Positions 12,481 through 25,859 of a stretch of 64,000 nt of DNA are shown here, piece by piece. Made by a program: the position numbers and the translations under genes. How positions within the stretch are numbered: position 1 is the first letter of the stretch; every line of letters starts with the position of its first letter. The notes below the pieces were generated by a model. The model was not told the DNA's origin and searched no databases. It saw nothing but the letters and a program-made list of their open reading frames with translations. The DNA is from Octopus vulgaris (taxonomy: Eukaryota), in contig OX597822.1 of NCBI GenBank assembly GCA_951406725.2, forward strand, positions 91,822,001 through 91,886,000. Reading direction: 5' to 3'.

Positions 12481-15069
12481 ATATATACAAGAAGAATACA
12501 TGCACATGTAACAAGAGAGGATAATTTGTGGGGTGGGGTGGGGTGGGGTCAATGTAAGTGGCTTATCAAATAGTGAACAGTTCCTCAGCCTAATGTATGC
12601 AGCATACTACTGCTGTTAATAATATATAGACATAATAATGATAGTGTTAAATTGTTTTTGCTGAGGTGCAAGTATGGATTTCTGATTGAGAAGTTTGCTT
12701 CACAACATGGATTGAGAAATAACCCCACCGCTTGGAACCTTGAGAAAGTGTTTTCTTCTATAGCTTTAGGTCAACCAAAGGCTTGCAAATGAATTTGGTG
12801 AAAAGAAACTGAAAGAAGTCCATTGTGTGTGTGTGTGTGTGTATGTGTGTGTGTGTGTATGCATGCACGTGTGTGTGTGTGTGTATGTATGCATCTGAAG
12901 TTCACTTTCAAAAGATAAGGACTCTTTTAAAAATGACAACAAGATGGAACTGTTTTAATTAGCTATGAAAGAACTGATTTAATTTAGATAGAACTGTTTT
13001 AATTAGCTTTGTCAGCTTTTAAGTATTAATTTTATAAATTTAACTAATTTTTATACAACAATGAAAAAATTACCCTTGATAGCCAATTAATGAATTAAAG
13101 CCTACATATTATCAATTAAAAAATAGCCAGACACTAGTGCTCAACAATTACTGAATATATGTGATTGTCTTGTGCAGTGTTTAAAATAGGTAAAAATTAA
13201 AATGATACAGTAAAATAGCAAAAAGATACTTCATTAAATACATACTGTGGCTGGGGTCACTGGAATTTTCAAAACACTTTTCAAACATGGTTTAGTGTTT
13301 GTTACCTTCCTGAGCAACAATTTTTCTTAACTTTTCACCAAAGCAGGTCAAAACAGAACTCTTCATTCTTTCCAAGAATAAAGAACTATTTTCCTTAACA
13401 AATCCATTTTTGCTTAATTTTTTAAAGTAATTATGTCAAACATATCAATTGTTTAACTCTTTAATTAATCTAGTTAGTCAAAGATTAGAAAAATCCATCT
13501 AAAACAGCTGTTGTTGATATTACAAAAATAATATCTTTTACATTAATAAAACATATATTGCTTAACTAAATCTGTTTTGTGTAGGAATAGGGAAGGAATA
13601 TACAAATACACTATTATCTTTTGTAGTTGTATTATTCAAGAAGAAATAGACATATCACTATGTTCCAGTATGTATTGATGTTTCGTTAGTTCTGTATGCT
13701 TTGGTTTTATCATTATCAGATGGAAATAGTTAGCACCTATTATGAAATATTTTACACATGTAAATTTATAAACTTACAATTTCAATTGAGAGTTGATGTT
13801 CAGTTCTTAGGGAAAATGAACAAACAAAAAAAAAACATACATTATATCAGTAATTTGTTTGCTTGCATCAAGGATCAATTAATTTCTGTACTTGCTGCAA
13901 TAATTTATCACCTGTAGCTACCATATATACTAAATGTTGTTGCTGAAAGTTCACAGCCTAATGAAACAGCCAAATAATAAAAGCAGAGTGATAGCACAGT
14001 TAAAAATACTGTACATAAAAAAAGATGAAATGGGACATAAAAATAATAGATAAATCAACAGATAATGAGATTACTTTGCTGAAAACTCTGGTATTAATCT
14101 TTAAAAGGGGAATAAAGCAGGCCAATCTTCCTCCATTCATCAAACTGGCTGAGATAAAAAAATGCAAGCTGACATGGTTGTTCTAATCATTCATAATATA
14201 TAAATTAATAAATAAAAGCAGTAACAAATACTAATTATAGAAATCCCCCTAATGCTAATCGCTTCAAAGTGTTCCACAGATTAATTTATAAGCACTTGTG
14301 AAACTAAATAGATGAATATATTTCAGCTCCACTTCCAACCCTTCACCTCTCTTCCAAAACAAAGAAGTATGGCAACTATTGCAGGCTTAAAAAAGAATTG
14401 AGAGAGAGGGGGAGAGAGAGAGAGGGAGAGGGAGGGAGGGAGAGGGAGAGAGAGAGAGAACAGAGTAATTAATTAAACCACATGAAGCCAATATGTGGAA
14501 AAAAGGCAGTATTTTACTGCTGTTAGCAACTGTCTTGAATGGTTACTGCTAGTTAAAATGGAGTTGTGGCACAAAAGCAATGGATCATATATAATAAACT
14601 AAGACATATGAAGATAGTGTTCCAGCATGACTGCAGTACATGAAACCAGTGAAATATTTATACTTACAAAGATATAAGATATATATATATTTATATGTGT
14701 GTGTGTGTGTGCATGTGTGTGTACAATGTACATTGGTTTAAATGTACTCAATACTAAATATAAAGTAATAGTTTATTATTATCAATAGTTAATTATATAT
14801 AGAGAGTCTTTTTAATCCTCAGAAATAGTAATCTTTGATTGTGTGTGTGTGTGTGTGTGTAGATGTGTAATGTATAAATGGACAACAATGATTAAAAGCT
14901 GATCCTTTTACCAACCATTAACTGTTTTCCATGTATGGTATTTTTTTTTTCATTCTATTGATCATTACCCACTGAAAGCTGTTAACTACAAGAGTTTTTG
15001 TATACTGGAGACTATGAACAAAGACACTTAATAAAGACACATGGAATAACATTTACACATACATATGGC

Positions 15070-15680
15070 ATCCTGCCTAGTTTCTATCTACCAATTTCAC
15101 TCACGAGGCAATGGTTATCCTGAGGCTATAGTAAAAGATAATTGCTTAAGGTGCCAACCCAGAGCCATGCGGTTGTGAAGTGAAGTTCATAACCACATAA
15201 CCATGCCAGCACATATATATGGTGATGATAATAATCCTTTCTACTATAGGCACAAGGCCTGAAATTGTCAGGAGAGGGCTAGTCAATTACATTGACCATG
15301 GCACACAAATGGCACTTATTTCATTGACCACAAAAAGATGAAGGGCAATGTCAACCTTAGCAGAATTTGAACTCAGAATGTAAAGACAGACGAAATGCTG
15401 TTAAGCATTTTGTTCAACACACTATTAATTCCACCAGCTTGCCACCTTAATAATGATAACACCAGTGATTTCAAATTTTGGTACAAGGCCAGCAATTTCA
15501 AAGGAGGGGTAAGTCAGTTACATCAACCCCAGTGCTCAACTAATACATATTTTATCAACCCTGAAAAGATGAAATGCAAAGTCAAACAAACTTCAGTGAA
15601 ATTTGAACACAAAATGTAAAGAAGGATGACATGTTGGAGTATTTTGCCCAGTGTGCTAATGAGTTTAACAGTTCACCACC
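15070..15680 (-). mobile_element. Cluster of three decayed SINEs
   Basis: Repeated gatgaa.ggcaa.gtcaacc / atttgaac motifs homologous to the 11923 SINE, plus the head of the 39025-type SINE. Confidence 0.65.
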
Positions 15681-15801
15681 ACCATAAAAATAATAACAAT
15701 AATGATAATAATAATATTTTTAAAAGGATTGATATAACTCTTCACAAAGGTAGACAGTCAGGATGAAGAGTGCGATTCGATTGTAATAGATATTTTATTG
15801 G

Positions 15802-15844
15802 TTGAACAATATTTCAACAGTAAATCTGTCTTTGTCAAGTTCAA
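15802..15844 (-). ncRNA. Type-I hammerhead ribozyme candidate with a UUGACAA (U3-A8) core in a PLE 3' pLTR
   Basis: UUGAAC-UUGACAA-A-GACAG(AUUUA)CUGUU-GAAA-UA-UU-GUUCAA, followed by AAUAAA; ~110 nt downstream of the GIY-YIG ORF on the same strand. Confidence 0.7.
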
Positions 15845-15957
15845 AATTAGAAGTGATGAAAATTCAGAATTATAGAAATTTAAATGTAAAGTATGAACGA
15901 GAGCAGTAAGAGTCCACATGTTGATGGAATGACATCATCAGTCTTTAAATTTCAATT

Positions 15958-16380
15958 TTATAACAGGCAAAAAGAAAAAGACAGAAAAAAAAAGAAAGAA
16001 AAAAGAGAAAAAGAAGAATATTTAAACAGTTTTGTATAAATTTGATGATATTCTCCTGTCATTTTATTAATTCCTCCAGGGTTTGATGTTAATAACCCAC
16101 AAACATATTTCTCCTCATACATTCTGAGAAGTGAAAATGAAGCACATTCAGAATATTTTCTGAGAATATGCACTTTCAAGTCTTCTTCAAAATTGTAGCC
16201 ACTTGAAACGAAATGTTTAGCAAGTTCTATCCAACTACTGTTATTGTAGCTGACGTCGAATCTGTGCCCATTAAACCTTTCGTTTAATTGTTCTGTTGTA
16301 CAACCAACATAAATCAAGTTCTCTTTCATACATTCTGTAGCGTACACCAAATGGGAATCTCTACATATCCCACCTTCAAT
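15958..16380 (-). mobile_element. Penelope-type GIY-YIG endonuclease remnant
   Basis: CRDSHLVYATEC...IYVGCT...LNERFNGHR...LAKHF...E...PGGIN; 130-aa open frame. Confidence 0.8.
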
Positions 16381-16560
16381 CTTTTCCTAATTACCCACAG
16401 GGACTCAAAGTAATGCTAAAAAATGTTAAGAGATATTAACCAAAGGATTAACAAAGAAAAGACATGTGGGTTAGGACCATATAAATTATACAAAGATGGG
16501 AGAAAGGTGAAACTACTCAATGGAAGAATTAAAATTTTAAGAGACAAACATTAGCATTTA

Positions 16561-17804
16561 AAAGGTCATCCCATAAGTTCTGTCCGAATTTTGAATAAAG
16601 AAAACAAGTGATCAAATATTATATTTAACTGAAATTTAATCATCAATGTACTTTCCATGATTATCTATGACTTCCTTCCATCTATTTACAAGCTTTTTAA
16701 TCCCATCAATGTAAAACTCTTTTGGTTTCAAAGCAAAGAAATGTCGGTTTCGACCTCTTCCTGGCTTGCAAAAGTTATGTCCTCCAAATGATTCTGTAAA
16801 GTATGAACCAAATGGTAGTCTGAAGGAGCAAGGTCAGGAGAATAAGGTGGATGAAGAATTTTTCCCCAACCAAGCTCTTCAATCTTCTGTGATGTGATCT
16901 TTGCAGTGTGGGGTCACACATTGTCCTGATGAAACATCACTCCATTTCAATTCACTAAAGTGGGTCTTTTTTTCTTTAAAGCTTGGTTCAAACGCTCTAA
17001 TTGCTGACAGTAGACTTGAGCATTGATTGTTGCATTAGGTAGTAACAATTCAAAGTGAATTACTCCTTTGCAATCCCACCAGATAGAGAGAAGAATCTTT
17101 TTTCCATGAAGTTCCCTTCTCAATTGTGGTTGAGCTTTTTCCCTTTTACCAAGCCACTATTTACGATGTTTAACATTTTGATACAAGATCTATTTTTCGT
17201 CACCAGTCACATGAGAATGGAGAGAAGAGCAGATGTCAACTCGGGATTTGTGGTTGCTTTCGGACAATTCATGAGGCACCCATTTTCCAAGTTTGGGAAC
17301 CTTTCCAAGTTGTTGAAGATGACAATGAACAGTTGTATGGTTTGAACTAAGCTTTATTGCCAATTCTTCAAATGATAATGCAGGATTTTCTTCAAGTAAT
17401 GCCTCAAGGAGCTTATCATCAAACTCAACTGGACATCCTGTTCAATCTTCATCTTCAAGGCTGAAATCTCCACTTCTGAATTTTGCAAACCATCTTCTGC
17501 AAGTTCTTTCATTCAAGCATTCTTTCCCATAAACTGAGTGTATGTTTCGAGTCGCTTTGGCTGCAGAGTTTCTTTTGTTGTACTCATAAAACATTATGTG
17601 CCTTAAGTGCTCTTTGGATACTTCTATGTTAGAAAAGGGTTTTAATTAAAGAAATTTTAATTCTATTATTCTATAAAATAATATTTAATTAGTTTAAATG
17701 TACACAAATGCATAAAAATAATTCCATTAGACATTCTAAAATACTATTAAATTTCATTCAGTTTTAAAAAAGTAATATCAGACAGGACTTATGGGATGAC
17801 CTGA
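16561..17804 (-). mobile_element. Full-length decayed mariner transposon
   Basis: TIRs aggtcatcccataagt.ctgtc at both ends, TA flanks, ~1.24 kb; HQDN and HPPYSPDLAPSDYH motifs. Confidence 0.9.
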
Positions 17805-17899
17805 TAAATAAATAGAATTATGATAAAACAATATGTAAAACAAGATATGATTAAAGGAAATAACATGAAAAATTGGTCAGGTTAAAGGGCCCTGTGTAT

Positions 17900-19330
17900 C
17901 TGTCAGTCTGCTATTGTTACACTTATTAAAAGTTTTTGAGTCAGTTGAAGTTGAAAAATACCAACATCTTCAAAGTAAGATTTGTTTAGTTCATTAACTA
18001 TAAAGACAGAATGTTGGGAATCTAAATTTTGTTTTTACCCCATTCTGCCTCTTGCATTTCATCTATATTAAAAGCCTAGCTGCATGTGTTATTTTTACTA
18101 TCCATGGCACCACAAATGTATGATTTTATCTATAAATTGCCAGTTTGATTTTTGAGAGACGGTGAATCCCAGTTCTTTGCCCAACTCATCTTATCAGTGT
18201 TATATTGTAAAAGTTGTTCCTTTTCACTTGTTTTAATTGTTTAACACTGACTCTGTTTTCCCTTTCTAATATATTCTTTTTACCTTTTGTTTTATGCTTG
18301 ATTGTGTGTTCATTATCTTCAACAATTATCATTTCTTCTTCATAACATGGGGATGGAGTGGTGTTACTGGTTGCTAATGGTAGGAGAGGGAATATCTACT
18401 TTCTTGTTCCAGGGCTGAATATAATGTGATTTCTCTATCTATTCCTGGAGTTTTGACTATGCTTTGGAAGAGGAAGCCTGTTGATCTTCTTACTGTCAGA
18501 AATGGCAGTAATGATTTCCTTTACTTTCATTTCAGGATTTTCTGCCTCTAATCTTTCTGATTCTTCAGGGCAAGAAGCTCTGAAATGGTTCTTCTAATGA
18601 TAAATGTAGTGACTGCCCTGAATTATCAATCTCATACTCTTTGTCTTGGTGACCTCAACTAGGCACAGTTCTCATATGACTCTTTGGCCTTTGGGGAGCC
18701 TTCATTAGCCCTGCTTTAATCACTCCCCCATACTGTGTTACAAAAGTGACAACCTGCTATATATCTACATCATTCTCAATGCTTCTAATGGTCAATCTAG
18801 TACTTCTGTGTCTCATGTACAGGGGGATACAAATTCTATTGATTTTAATTTATGTTTTAGCTAAGTCTTCAGTTTTGAAAATACAGCAGATAATGCAGTA
18901 ACATTTTCCTTTCTCAATTGAGAGGATTTCTTCCAAGATGTCTAGAAGTGCTTGTGGTTGTTTATTATGAGATAAGATTTAATCCAGATGCATCTTTACT
19001 GAAGCACAGCTATATATATTTTCGTTTTTTCTCCTTTGGATTAGACTCTATGGTAAAGAAATACCCTTGGGCCCTACAAAAATTCTTTCAACAATTCTTT
19101 TTGATTCTTGGAACTAATTTATGTTTAAAAATTCTGTTAGTTTTATTAGTGTTAGAATCAGAGCAAGATTAGTTTTAAAGCACAACTATATGAGTGATTG
19201 AAACAACTACAAGGTGAGTCATTTAAAGTTTTGACTTCACCTGAATGTTGCCACTGCTATTGGTACCACTGCTGTTGTTACCACTGGTGTTGTTACCACT
19301 GCTATTTTTCAAACTACCAGTTAAGATGCT
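17900..19330 (-). mobile_element. Possible decayed LINE ORF1/gag-like region
   Basis: Coding-like composition with a zinc-knuckle remnant (HFRASCPEE); many stops. Confidence 0.25.
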
Positions 19331-19709
19331 TATAATATTTTTATCAATTACTTATTCATTTAAATGTTCATTTTTTTACCCTCTCTCTTTTGTTCATTCA
19401 CTTATGCATTTTGTTTTCATGTTGTGCTTTTTCGTTTGTTGCCGGCATGTTTTGTCATGTACTGTATGTATTTAGTGGTTATTTTGGAAGTGAAAATATC
19501 ATACATATAAATAGTCGGTAACAACAAACTTGCTTTGTTTTGTCTACCTCTGATATTGAGGACAGGCTTTCTTCAAGTAATTATAATTTTTTTTATCAAC
19601 TTATCCCCAATCACCCATCCCCAAAAATTCATTTGGTAATGCTTCAGCCATGATCTGATTTGGAGGTGAAATAAACATGTGTATGTTTTAAGAAGCAATA
19701 ATAATAATA

Positions 19710-20320
19710 ATGGTTTCTAATTTATTCACAAGATCAACAGTTTGGAAGAAAGGGTGTTAGTTGACTGGTATTTTATTTTATTGACCCTTGAGGGATGAAC
19801 GGCCATGTTGATCTTAGTAGATTTTGAACTTAGAATGTAGAACTGAAACAAAAACTAAAAGTTCTTTTTTTTTTTTTGGATGCTCTAATCCTTCTGCCAG
19901 CTCACTGACTTTAAGAATTATTTCTATTTTAGGCACAAAGCCAGAAATTTTGATGGGAGGGAATTAGTGAATATCATTGACACCACTATTTGACTGCTAC
20001 TTTATTCTATCATCCTCAGAGGGATGAAATTTGACAGGATGTAAAGAATGTAAAGAGCTGTCAAAAGTACCACTAAGTATTTTCTACAGTTTTAATTTTG
20101 CCAGCTTACAGTGCCAACCAGGTTTTGATTTAAACACAAAGCAAGCAATTTTGAGGTGAGAGTTAGTTGATACTATTGCTCCAAGTACTTGGCTGATATT
20201 TTATCAACTCCAGAAGGATGAAAAGCAAAGTTAACCATGACAATATTTGAGATTAGAAAATAAAGAGCAAGAAGAAATGCCACATAGAATTTTTCTGATG
20301 CTCTAATAATTCTGCCATTT
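19710..20320 (-). mobile_element. Head-to-tail cluster of three decayed SINEs
   Basis: Three ~200 bp units, each with ggatgaa..gc / tgccagc motifs of the 11923-type SINE. Confidence 0.6.
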
Positions 20321-20344
20321 TGTTGTCTAAAAAATAATAATGAT

Positions 20345-20525
20345 AATCACCATCACCATCACCATCACCATCACCATCATCATCATCATCATCATCGTCC
20401 GCTTTCCATGCTAGCATGGGTTGGACGATTTGACTGAGGTCTGGCGAACCAGACTCCAATCTGATCTGGCAGAGTTTCTACAGCTGGATGCCCTTCCTAA
20501 TGCCAACCACTCCGAGAGTGTAGTA
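20345..20525 (-). mobile_element. SINE/LINE 3' tail with (GAT)n; other copies at 23822-23992, 42728-42950, 56950-57107 (+) and 57798-58085
   Basis: (cat)n-tccatgctagcatgggttggacg...ctacagctggatgcccttcctaa.gccaaccact shared across copies. Confidence 0.8.
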
Positions 20526-21639
20526 ATACAGTAAAAAAATATTTTCTAACAACAACTAAGTCTCTACATACTTATTCAATCAACTGAATGCAGCAAACAA
20601 ATCTCTCTTAAATCACAGTTTGTCATTTTGAAAAAGAAAAGAAACATTAGAAAATGTAGTACTAGATATGCAAAGAACAGGTTGAACAAGACTTGTATCA
20701 TAACTCTCTATCAACGTTAATCTAAGGTAAACAACAACTTTCCAAAGTAAAACATATGCACACACACACACGCACACACATACACATGCACATGCACACA
20801 CACACACACACACACAATCCTTCGGAAGGATTAAGATCTCGTTTCTGTTAAGAAAATGCTATCTTACAAGGCACAAACAATAAGTAAGTAGTTTCGATGC
20901 AAAATCACAGCTTGTAAGTCCTTTTGCCAATATTACAATGTGTTCCACTTTGAAGTAAAGATAAGACTTTATCATGCTTTCCTCTGGATCTTTGTACTAG
21001 TGAGAATTCTAGTACCTGTTCAGTTAAGATCAAAGCAGTAAACAATTTGAAAAATTATAATCATGTGCACACCTGTGTGTGCATGTGTGTGTATGTAAAT
21101 GTCTGTATACATGAAGTGAAAATTTTCACTATAAATGTTTGTATGTGTCTACATATATTTTCTAGGATTACAAATGTCCATCTAACTATCCATCTATCTA
21201 TACCTGTACAATCATTGCTCCTGTAAGAAATATAAATTGGGCCAAAAGTCTGTTTGGCTGCATATTGTGATCTGTGAACACAATCTGGTAGTCACGGCTG
21301 TTGCACCAACTGTATTTTTATATTTCATAATCTTTTTCCCATCCCTATTTGGCCATTAGTATGATTAGTCGCTTCTAGCCGAATGAATATGGCATCAGTT
21401 ACCATGTTTTTCTTTAGCCCCAGGTTAGCTCTATATTTAAAAAGCATTCCAGCCGTGACCATTCCCAACTTGTTTTTGAGATGTGTATCTCTGATCACAT
21501 CATCTCAATCTTATAAGTATATATAAATCAACCTTCATCACCATCTATCATCAACACCATACCAATACAACCACTGACATTACCAACACACAGACTCCTT
21601 AATTATCAAAAACAACACAATAAAAGTCTAATTGGTTTT

Positions 21640-22260
21640 TGATGTGGTGTTTAAATAAGAAAGCATGGATGATGAACTGTTTTGAAGAGTGGTTTACAAG
21701 CATTTTTGTCCTGCTGTAGAAAGGTACAGTGTCAGACATATTTCAAAGAATGAATTGCTCACTATAGACAATGCACCAAGTAACCCAGTGAATTTAAGTG
21801 AGCTTTCTGATGATGTCAGAGTAGATATATCCCAAAGAATACAACTTATTTGCTCAAGTCAATGGATCAAGATATGATAGCTAACTTCAAGGAATATTAT
21901 CTGAGAAGAACTTTCAAACTATGAAACAATTTATACGGAAAATAAACCTACAGTTAAAAGTTCAACATAATACAATGGTTAGACAATGTTTCTAGCTTAA
22001 CAAATTTTCCACAGGCAGAAAGTCTACATCAAATTTGAAAAGACTGTGATATTTGTAGGGCTTGAAGAAGTCATAGCGGATGATATGGTTGAGTTGCTAG
22101 TAGTCCATACAGAATGTTTATCTAATGAGAAGCTACTTAAATTAACTGCAAAGAATATTGCTGAAAAGTTGGCAATTTTAGCGGAAGGTCAACAAGTTTT
22201 TATGGATGAATTTACAATGAGCTCAGTTCCTACAATGGGCTGTACAAAGAGATGATATAC
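21640..22260 (+). mobile_element. Tigger/pogo (DDE_1) transposase remnant
   Basis: KAWM, LLTIDNAPSNP, PKNTT..L.SMDQDMIANFKEYYLRRTF across frameshifts. Confidence 0.75.
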
Positions 22261-22893
22261 CATAAATATCAAATGGTTAGGGCAGGTTTTTCATCCCTCA
22301 AATAGATTTTGATGAACTAAAAGATAAAAGATAGTGTCCTTCATCATTCCGGTAACTTTCGTTCCACTGCCACCCACTCACACAGTAGCCAACATCTTTT
22401 AATAGTAAGAATGTACTCTGTTATGATATGATTCTTATTTATTCCCTAATGTATTTTTTTTCAAATGGTTTTATGTCTAAATATTGTATTGTTTATGTTT
22501 AGAGATAGTTATATTCATGCATAAGATAATACTAGCAACAGATACATTACCAATCTAGTTGCACTGATTTATACAATTTTCTTTTTTTTTTTTTTGTTTA
22601 TTGTTTTAAGCTCATGTCTTGTTTAAATCTTTACCAGGCAACTTAAAAGGATACCCCACTGAACTATTGTAAGCTATTCCTGGAAACTTAGAGAAATAGC
22701 ATAATGAATAACAGTTTCCTAACAACGTGGATTCTGTTGAGACCAGTAAGAAACAATTATGAACTTTTTTATTACACTCAACTTTAAATTTACAGCTATT
22801 ATGCTTACTACCCACAAAACACCACCACGTGGACTGTGTTGAGACTAGTAAGAAACAATTATGAACTTTTTATTACACTTAACTTTTTAAAAT

Positions 22894-22939
22894 ATTTTTG
22901 ATAAGGTTCGTTTTTTCAAGAAGAACCGAAACGTAAAAT
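22894..22939 (+). ncRNA. Minimal type-I hammerhead ribozyme candidate with a UUGAUAA (U3-A8) core
   Basis: AUUU-UUGAUAA-GGUUC(13 nt)GAACC-GAAA-CG-UA-AAAU; perfect stems I and II, palindromic ACGU stem III, GUA cleavage triplet. Confidence 0.7.
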
Positions 22940-22992
22940 TTCTAAGAAAATTAAAATTTATCTTATATAGTGGCATTTTCAAACTTCTTTTT

Positions 22993-23031
<39 letters not shown>

Positions 23032-23037
<6 letters not shown>

Positions 23038-23810
23038 AATCTTTATATCCACCTTGTGGATATATTGTTAGAATACCAAATACTTCGATATTCAACCTGA
23101 GAGGTCCTCTCATATAGACATATGGTGCATAAAAACAGATATATATCATTGTAGACAAGAATCATCTAGTATGGGTGCTGGAACTACCAGATCATGTGAT
23201 TTTAACATACTGCACTCCTACAGTAGCAGGCATCCATCCTTGCATACCAGCCAAATCTCACTGCAAGTAATATATGTAGACTAACAGAGTCTTTTCAGCC
23301 ACTGAGGTTACAAATAACCATCAAGCTTATTAAAAAGATTATTACTAGTTACAAAAGCAGTATTAATACCAAAAGTCAATCTTTACATCCATCTTCATGT
23401 ATTGTTAGAAAGCCAAATACTTCAGTATTTTCCCTGAGAGGTCCTCTCATATAGATGCACAATACATAAAATCACAGACAGAGATTGTAGAAGGTGATAT
23501 ATACCTGTGCTTTTTGCAACATCAGTGAATGAAAATACACATGTTTTTCTATATATCATTAGCAGTGAGGTTTGGCTGGTATGCAGGGCTGGACACCTGC
23601 CACAGAAGAAACACAGTATACTGTGCTTCTTGAAGTGGCAGTTCTGATGCTCATGCCAGGATAATTCTTGTGTGCAATGATATATGTCTGAGTTTTTATG
23701 CACTATGAGTCTATATGAGAAAACCTCTCAGGGTAAATACTACAGTATCCAGCATTCTAACATTTCTAAGTTAAGTTGGATACAAGGATTGCCTTTTAAT
23801 ACTGCTCTTG
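23032..23810. repeat. Tandem plus inverted repeat block (pLTR-like arrangement)
   Basis: 23032-23120 is repeated directly at 23372-23460; 23550-23810 is an inverted copy of 23032-23275. Confidence 0.7.
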
Positions 23811-24078
23811 TCAATAATAATTATCATCATCATCATCATCATCGTTTAACGTCCGTTCTCCATGCTAGCATGGGTTGGACGGTTCGACCGGGGATCTGGG
23901 AAGCCAGAAGGCTGCACCAGGCTCCGGTCTTATCTGGCAATGTTTCTACAGCTGGATGCCCTTCCTAACGCCAACCACTCTGTGAGTGTAGTAATATATA
24001 TATATATATATATATATAATTTGTTTTGGGATTTGGTTTGCAAGATTCTTTATATGAGTTGGTGTGTTGAAGCATATT

Positions 24079-24350
24079 CTGTTGTGTCTGGGGAGAGTCG
24101 TTTTCTTTTTGTGCTTTATAATTTAAAACACCCACCGGTAAAATTTCCACTTATTTTTATTTTTATTTTTCCTAAAATGTTCGTTGTGTTTTGCAACCTT
24201 TTCAATAGTCTTGACTCAAGACTATTGAAAAGGTTGCATCACGCAACAAAAATTTTAGGAAAATGAAAATAAGAAATAATTGGAAATTTTACCAGTGAGT
24301 GTGTTACATTATAAGGCACAAAAAGAAAATGACTCTCCCTAGACACAACA

Positions 24351-24351
<1 letters not shown>
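24079..24351. repeat. Fold-back element in (TA)n with back-to-back HHR relics
   Basis: Arms ~135 bp; perfect 23-bp palindrome 24192-24214/24216-24238; each strand reads CUA-UUGAAAA-G-GUUGC...CAAC-(G/A)AA.-AUUU-UAG. Confidence 0.8.
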
Positions 24352-24393
<42 letters not shown>

Positions 24394-24763
24394 GTTAACT
24401 GTCATTTCCACCCATTCTCAGTTTTTCTTCATGGTCATCTACATATATACTTTCGGTTGTTCATTTTATTGCACAAATATTTCACTTTCTTCAGTTGTAG
24501 AAATTACAAACTTCAGTTATTGATAAAATATTTTTATAATTTGTCACATTATATACTAAAAGTAGCAGCTTACATGAATCAGGAATTCACGCTCAGTGCC
24601 TTCTGAAATACAATTTTTTATGATTTCCTTTCCATTCAGTTGGATTAAATGTCTCACTTCTATTGGTTGGCATTACAAGAACAATCAACTCTTTGTAATG
24701 AAATACTTTTGTTTACAAAACTAATTTCCATAAAATATTTCATTACTTTTTGTTCTTATTCTG

Positions 24764-25597
24764 TTAGGATGTTCAGAAGGTACTGTCCAATTTTTCGAAA
24801 ACATTTTTTCAAATCAATTTAAGATGTTATTTTTGTAGTGTTTTAGACGAAATTTTACATGCTTAATAATTGTTGTGTACTCTTTAATAAATTGCTATTG
24901 ATTTTTTTTAGAATATAATTTTAGAGCATAGAAACCCTTAATTTCAAACATGTAAAAAGAAGAAATACATTTACTTTTTTTTTTGCATGAATTCAAGCTT
25001 GGACATAATGCTTCACAAACAGCTGTCAATGTCAATAGTACAATGGTGATTTGAGAGATTTCATAGTGGGGATGAAAACCTTGAAGATCAAGAAGGTAGA
25101 GGACATCCATCCACCCTTGATTATCAGCATTTGAAAACAACAAAGTGTCAGAGAACTGCTTCATATCCTTGGTGTCTGTAAGTAACTAGAAGAAATGCGT
25201 GTTTACTTGAGCAAAATGAGACCAGCATGAGATCGATGTGGGCCAATCCTGCTCCACAAAAACGTTCAACCACACATATCCAGTGTGACACTGCAGACTT
25301 GGGATGAGACTTTATCACATTCTCCATATTTCCATGATTTTTCACTCACTGACACATTTTTAAGGCAAAAAACCCTCCATTCCAAAACCAAAGTCGTAAC
25401 TGAATTGAAGGATTTCTTGGCATTAAAACCTTTGTCTTTTTGTCGATGAAGCATGAATAACTTTGTTAATTGATGGGAGAAATGCATAGCTGTTCAGCGA
25501 TCATATTTTGCATAATTAAACTGGTGTATAAGTGCAGTTTTTTTTTAAGAATATAGGCTTATTTTTAAAATTGGCTATTATTTTCTGAACAACCTAA
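24764..25597 (+). mobile_element. Internally deleted mariner
   Basis: TIRs ttagg.tgttcagaa / ttctgaacaacctaa-TA; DENLEDQEGRGHP and HSPYFHDFSLTD (YSPDL-like) remnants. Confidence 0.75.
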
Positions 25598-25859
25598 TAC
25601 ATTTTACTACATTGTATTTCTTCACAGATTGCAAATCCACAGGCATATCCCACAAATATCAGATACGTAATCTACAAATGACAACACCAAGTATTGGACA
25701 GCTTCATTGTAGCTTCATTTATTCAATTACTGTACACAATATAAATATACACACATATCATAAACACAGTTTATTAGCTTGATCAATAATATGTAGCCAA
25801 ATAATTACAGCAACACTTTATAATGTGAATATGCATGATGACAATCCTGAAAAATTTAA

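Noticed and set aside
13305-13435. ~45-codon minus-strand open frame ending at a GT
   Set aside because: No credible acceptor, in-frame stop immediately upstream, and length expected by chance
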